From: Octopus bimaculoides
Taxonomy: Eukaryota
Length of the DNA: 64,000 bases
Direction of reading: 5' to 3'
Assembly (NCBI RefSeq): GCF_001194135.2
Contig: NC_068981.1
Location: 115,634,430 to 115,698,429 of the forward strand
Shown here: positions 60,420 to 64,000 of the stretch, piece by piece
How the letters are laid out: each line of letters starts with the position of its first letter
How positions within the stretch are numbered: position 1 is the first letter of the stretch
Translations under genes and position numbers: made by a program
The notes under the pieces: generated by a model
The model's database searches: none
What the model saw: only the letters and a program-made list of their open reading frames with translations
What the model was told of the DNA's origin: nothing

Positions 60420-60720
60420 TATTAAAGTTTTATTCTTAATTGGAGATAAAGTGATAACGTCACGCAGCTTCCCATTTTGGTTTGTTGATGAAATCTTCAG
60501 AAAAGTTTCAAAACTCCGGAAACATCAGTTTTAAGTTGTAATTTCAACTGTTTCGAAATACTTTTGTAAATGTTATTGTAAAACATAATTATCTTGCTGG
60601 ACTTACAAACTTTTGAAAAGAATAAAAGTTATGCTTTAAAAAAATAAAGACCAATTAGTCGGAAACATCCGGAAGTTTTCGTTTTAAAGGGAGGTTACTT
60701 GTCTCAACACATCACCAAGT
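60420..60720. promoter_or_regulatory. Candidate promoter / first non-coding exon region
   Basis: CpG-retaining patch with ACGTCA, CCAAT and ETS-like CCGGAAGT (60669) motifs; perfect minus-strand donor GTAAGT at 60606-60601. Confidence 0.35.
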
Positions 60721-61083
60721 TTTCATACTACAGCAGGTTTTACTACTGGTTTCTTTATTAAATTTTGTTTACTAATTGACTTTTTAATGAGTGTTTACTC
60801 ATCAAGTCATTTATTTATTCGTTTTGTTATCTTACAATAAACTAACGATCATTTGATGGTTCTTTCTAAAATGTTTGTGTTCAATTTTGCTCTTAAGTTT
60901 GTGAGAGTTATTTCCCCTCCTAAAACTTTTTCTTTTAGAACATAGTTATTTTGTAAGATTTTGCTGGCAAATTCTTAAAATAACACAAACATTTATTTAC
61001 ATAAAAGAAAATTACCGGAGAACTTTTCTTCCAATTCTTCCAAATTTTTCTGTTAAGGCTATATTGAAACCATTTGTGAAGAA

Positions 61084-61345
61084 TTTTTTTTTATTACAGC
61101 AACTGGTTGCACACCACAAGGTTCAGCGGAACCTATTGAAGCAAGCCAGCACGCCCGCAACATTACCATGGGCGAGGCTAAGGCGTTGGGAAAGCCAAGC
61201 GCCCTCACTGGCATCACCTGACTCCTTGGTGAGACGAGCTGCCAACGTTGACAAGAACTTCGCGGTTTGTAGCTCATTCCCTCCGAACGTCTCAAATGCC
61301 ACAGGTTGGAAGAGATAGTTCACTGTCAGGTCCCGACACTTCATT
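61084..61345 (-). mobile_element. 3' end of a CRE-like (restriction-like endonuclease) non-LTR retrotransposon with A-tail
   Basis: Peptide KCRDLTVNYLFQPVAFETFGG...FLSTLAARLTKESGD...WLSQRLSLAHGNVAGVLA, then AATAAA/A9 at 61084-61095. Confidence 0.75.
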
Positions 61346-61479
61346 ATGTTTTTGAGAAGTAGACATCTCACTCTAAGAAGTCATTTAGTGTTAAAATTTT
61401 GATGGGGACAATATTAAATTATGAAAGGCTGCAGATTAAAAGGTATGTAGTGAAACTACCTACCGCCATTAGATACAAA

Positions 61480-61760
61480 ACTGCTATGGCCATTCTTCTC
61501 ATTTAAATATAAATAAATGCGAGCGTAGCAGAGAACCCATTCCTTGTCATCACGTGACTGATTATTATTCGAATCGGCAATTTCTTCGAACCTTTCCCGC
61601 CAGAACGCAAACTGACCAATCACAGCCCCTAATAAGGTCACGTGATAGAGTAAAATTCTATCACCGTCTTGGAGCCCTCTTAACGCTATATATAGATCAA
61701 CTCATACCCCACAATTTGTCTCGGTCCAGTTTCCCTTTGAGAACTGTTCCGTGTACCACA
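61480..61760. promoter_or_regulatory. Candidate (possibly bidirectional) promoter
   Basis: Two TCACGTGA E-boxes (~61550, ~61638), CCAAT (~61616), CpG-rich; possible minus-strand donor G|GTAGGT at 61464/61463. Confidence 0.4.
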
Positions 61761-64000
61761 CGACAGCAGCAGCAGTTCCAGCGACCACTTCAACAGCTTC
61801 GTCCAGCCAACGATGACCTCCGCCGTCGCCACATCAGCAACAAGAGTCTACTACTACTATCCAGCATCATCGTCATGACCAACACGATTTCTACTNNNNN
61901 NNNNNNNNNNNNNNNNNNNNNNNNNNNNNNNNNNNNNNNNNNNNNNNNNNNNNNNNNNNNNNNNNNNNNNNNNNNNNNNNNNNNNNNNNNNNNNNNNNNN
62001 NNNNNNNNNNNNNNNNNNNNNNNNNNNNNNNNNNNNNNNNNNNNNNNNNNNNNNNNNNNNNNNNNNNNNNNNNNNNNNNNNNNNNNNNNNNNNNNNNNNN
62101 NNNNNNNNNNNNNNNNNNNNGCCACGACATCACAACTAGTGATCAGCTCTGCCACACTCAGCCAACTCACTTTCACATACAGAACTTTTCCTATAGTGTA
62201 CTAAAGATCTGGTATAATTGCTCACGTGTTATTGACTCTTTCTATTTGCTGTAAACACTCATACACACATGTATCACTCACATACACACTTTTCTTTGTA
62301 TGACGGCCTGTCTTTGATTATGTTCTTATACGTCGCATTCACACTCTCACACAGACATACATCTTTAACGCCATAATAAATATCTCTGTTATTCATCTTA
62401 TACGGTTGTGGTCTTTCATTACTGGTCATCTATGTTATCGTCGTATAACATGACGTATATCATATCTGATATATATTATTTTGTGTTCGACCGTGTGACG
62501 CGTTTAAATAAAAGGAGTCCTCTGTTTTTCCATTCGTCACCATTTCTCCTTTTTGAGTTCGCACGGTCGTCCCTTACAGGTACATAAATTCGTATCCTGC
62601 CACAACACGAAACTGTGATTGTGACAAAGACAACCAACAAAACCCATTTGTTTGCTTTTGTTTTAATTTTGTAGTTTTGAAATATAGAATAGTAGTATCG
62701 GTTGAGCAGTAGACAAAATGCTGAGCAGTATTTCATTACTACTATTATGTTCTGAGTTCAAATACTGTCAGAGTCGACTTGCTTCGCTTCTTAAGAGATC
62801 GACAAATTTAATATCAATTAAATGGATGGTTTGATTAAATTCAGGTGTCAGTCATACCAAGATAAAGGCAGTGCATCTAAGAATTATTGGACAAAGAGCT
62901 GGAGCAGTGCTTAAAAGATATAAACAAATTAAATTTGAGGAGTTGTCTAAGATGTAATGAACTAACTGGAGTTGGTTAAAGTTAATGGTAACCGGACCAT
63001 CTGATATTGATTATTAGTTGGAATAGGGTTGTTCACCATTTTATAACTGAACAAATTGTGAATATAAGTTAGTGTCTGCACACATACAGTAGTAGACATC
63101 TATGCCTTCTTGAAGTTAGCTTTATGACTGTATAATACAGACTGATAATACAGAAGATATTGACGTGTTCAGCTGCTCTCTTGACAAATCGAAGTCTATA
63201 AGCAAATTTGAATATGCTGTGAAGTCACTAAAATTATATATCTCTTCCAAAATACTAGAAATTCCTGGTTCACATCTACTGCAAATACACCATTCGATTG
63301 CAAACATTTTATTCTACATCCTTCAGCTCACCAAAGCTGAAAGGTGTCATATCAGTTTGTGGGTAGATACATGTGATGAGATGAGTTTTTCTTTTTTTAT
63401 TATTATTATACGTCGCCTTCAATCAGAATTAAACTGGACCATGACGACTTGGTATTTCTAGATAGTTAAATGAGCTGGGGCAATATGGAAACACAGTGAC
63501 TGCCTGCAATGAAGTTGAACTCATGACCTATGAGCATGTAACTCAATCTTTTATCTACTCGGCTATTCATCTCAGATTTTCCAGTTAAATAATGGTTTCT
63601 GATTTAGGGTCAATTTTGAATGGTGGGGTTAATTGATGCCATCGATCTCTGGACTCGACTGGTTTCAATACTTAATTGATCCATCACGAAACGATGGAAA
63701 GCAAAGTTGATTTCGGCAGGATTTGAACTCAGAAGGTAAAGAAAGTAAAGATCGAATGTCACAAGAAACATTAACGATGCGTTAACGATTTTGTCAGCTC
63801 ATCGTCTTTGCTTGTTAGATAATTAGGAAATATATCTCATGCAGACAAGCGTCAATATCTGTGAGAGAATGTTCTCTCATATGCTCAATGCTATACATTG
63901 TAGAAGATAATCAGTAGTAATAGAAGTTTGTAAAGGTATAGGACTTATTGGGTTTTATTTATAAATTTAGCCATTTTTATTTGTATTGATTTTATTTCTT

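Noticed and set aside
1-64000. CRISPR arrays, rRNA, tRNA genes, prokaryotic operons
   Set aside because: Eukaryotic intron-rich DNA; tRNA-like A/B boxes occur only as SINE heads and no repeat-spacer array was seen.

Overview
AT-rich, repeat-dense animal genomic DNA from a gapped scaffold with six N-gaps. The SINE/MITE/microsatellite content suggests an octopod cephalopod; this is an inference from repeat style, not a database result. One gene dominates the window: a nephrocystin-3 (NPHP3) orthologue on the minus strand. I traced 22 coding exons by hand from ATG 52889 down to 1554; all have GT-AG boundaries with consistent phases, giving 3096 nt (1032 codons). The encoded order is myristoylation motif, coiled coil, NACHT-like P-loop domain, first TPRs; the remaining TPR exons lie left of the window. 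Introns hold tRNA-derived SINEs, RTE LINE fragments, a decayed mariner, a Penelope-like element, piggyBac-type and other MITEs, and a CRE-like LINE 3' end. The most unusual structures are: (1) a 96%-identical inverted copy of coding exon 11 plus its 3' splice site in the upstream intron, predicting a ~131-bp pre-mRNA duplex; (2) several Penelope-type hammerhead ribozyme motifs; (3) a foldback transposon with an 8-bp TSD whose centre is a head-to-head TTAGGG/CCCTAA array; (4) a Walker A Lys-to-Arg substitution in NPHP3. Repeat boundaries are approximate unless termini are quoted.
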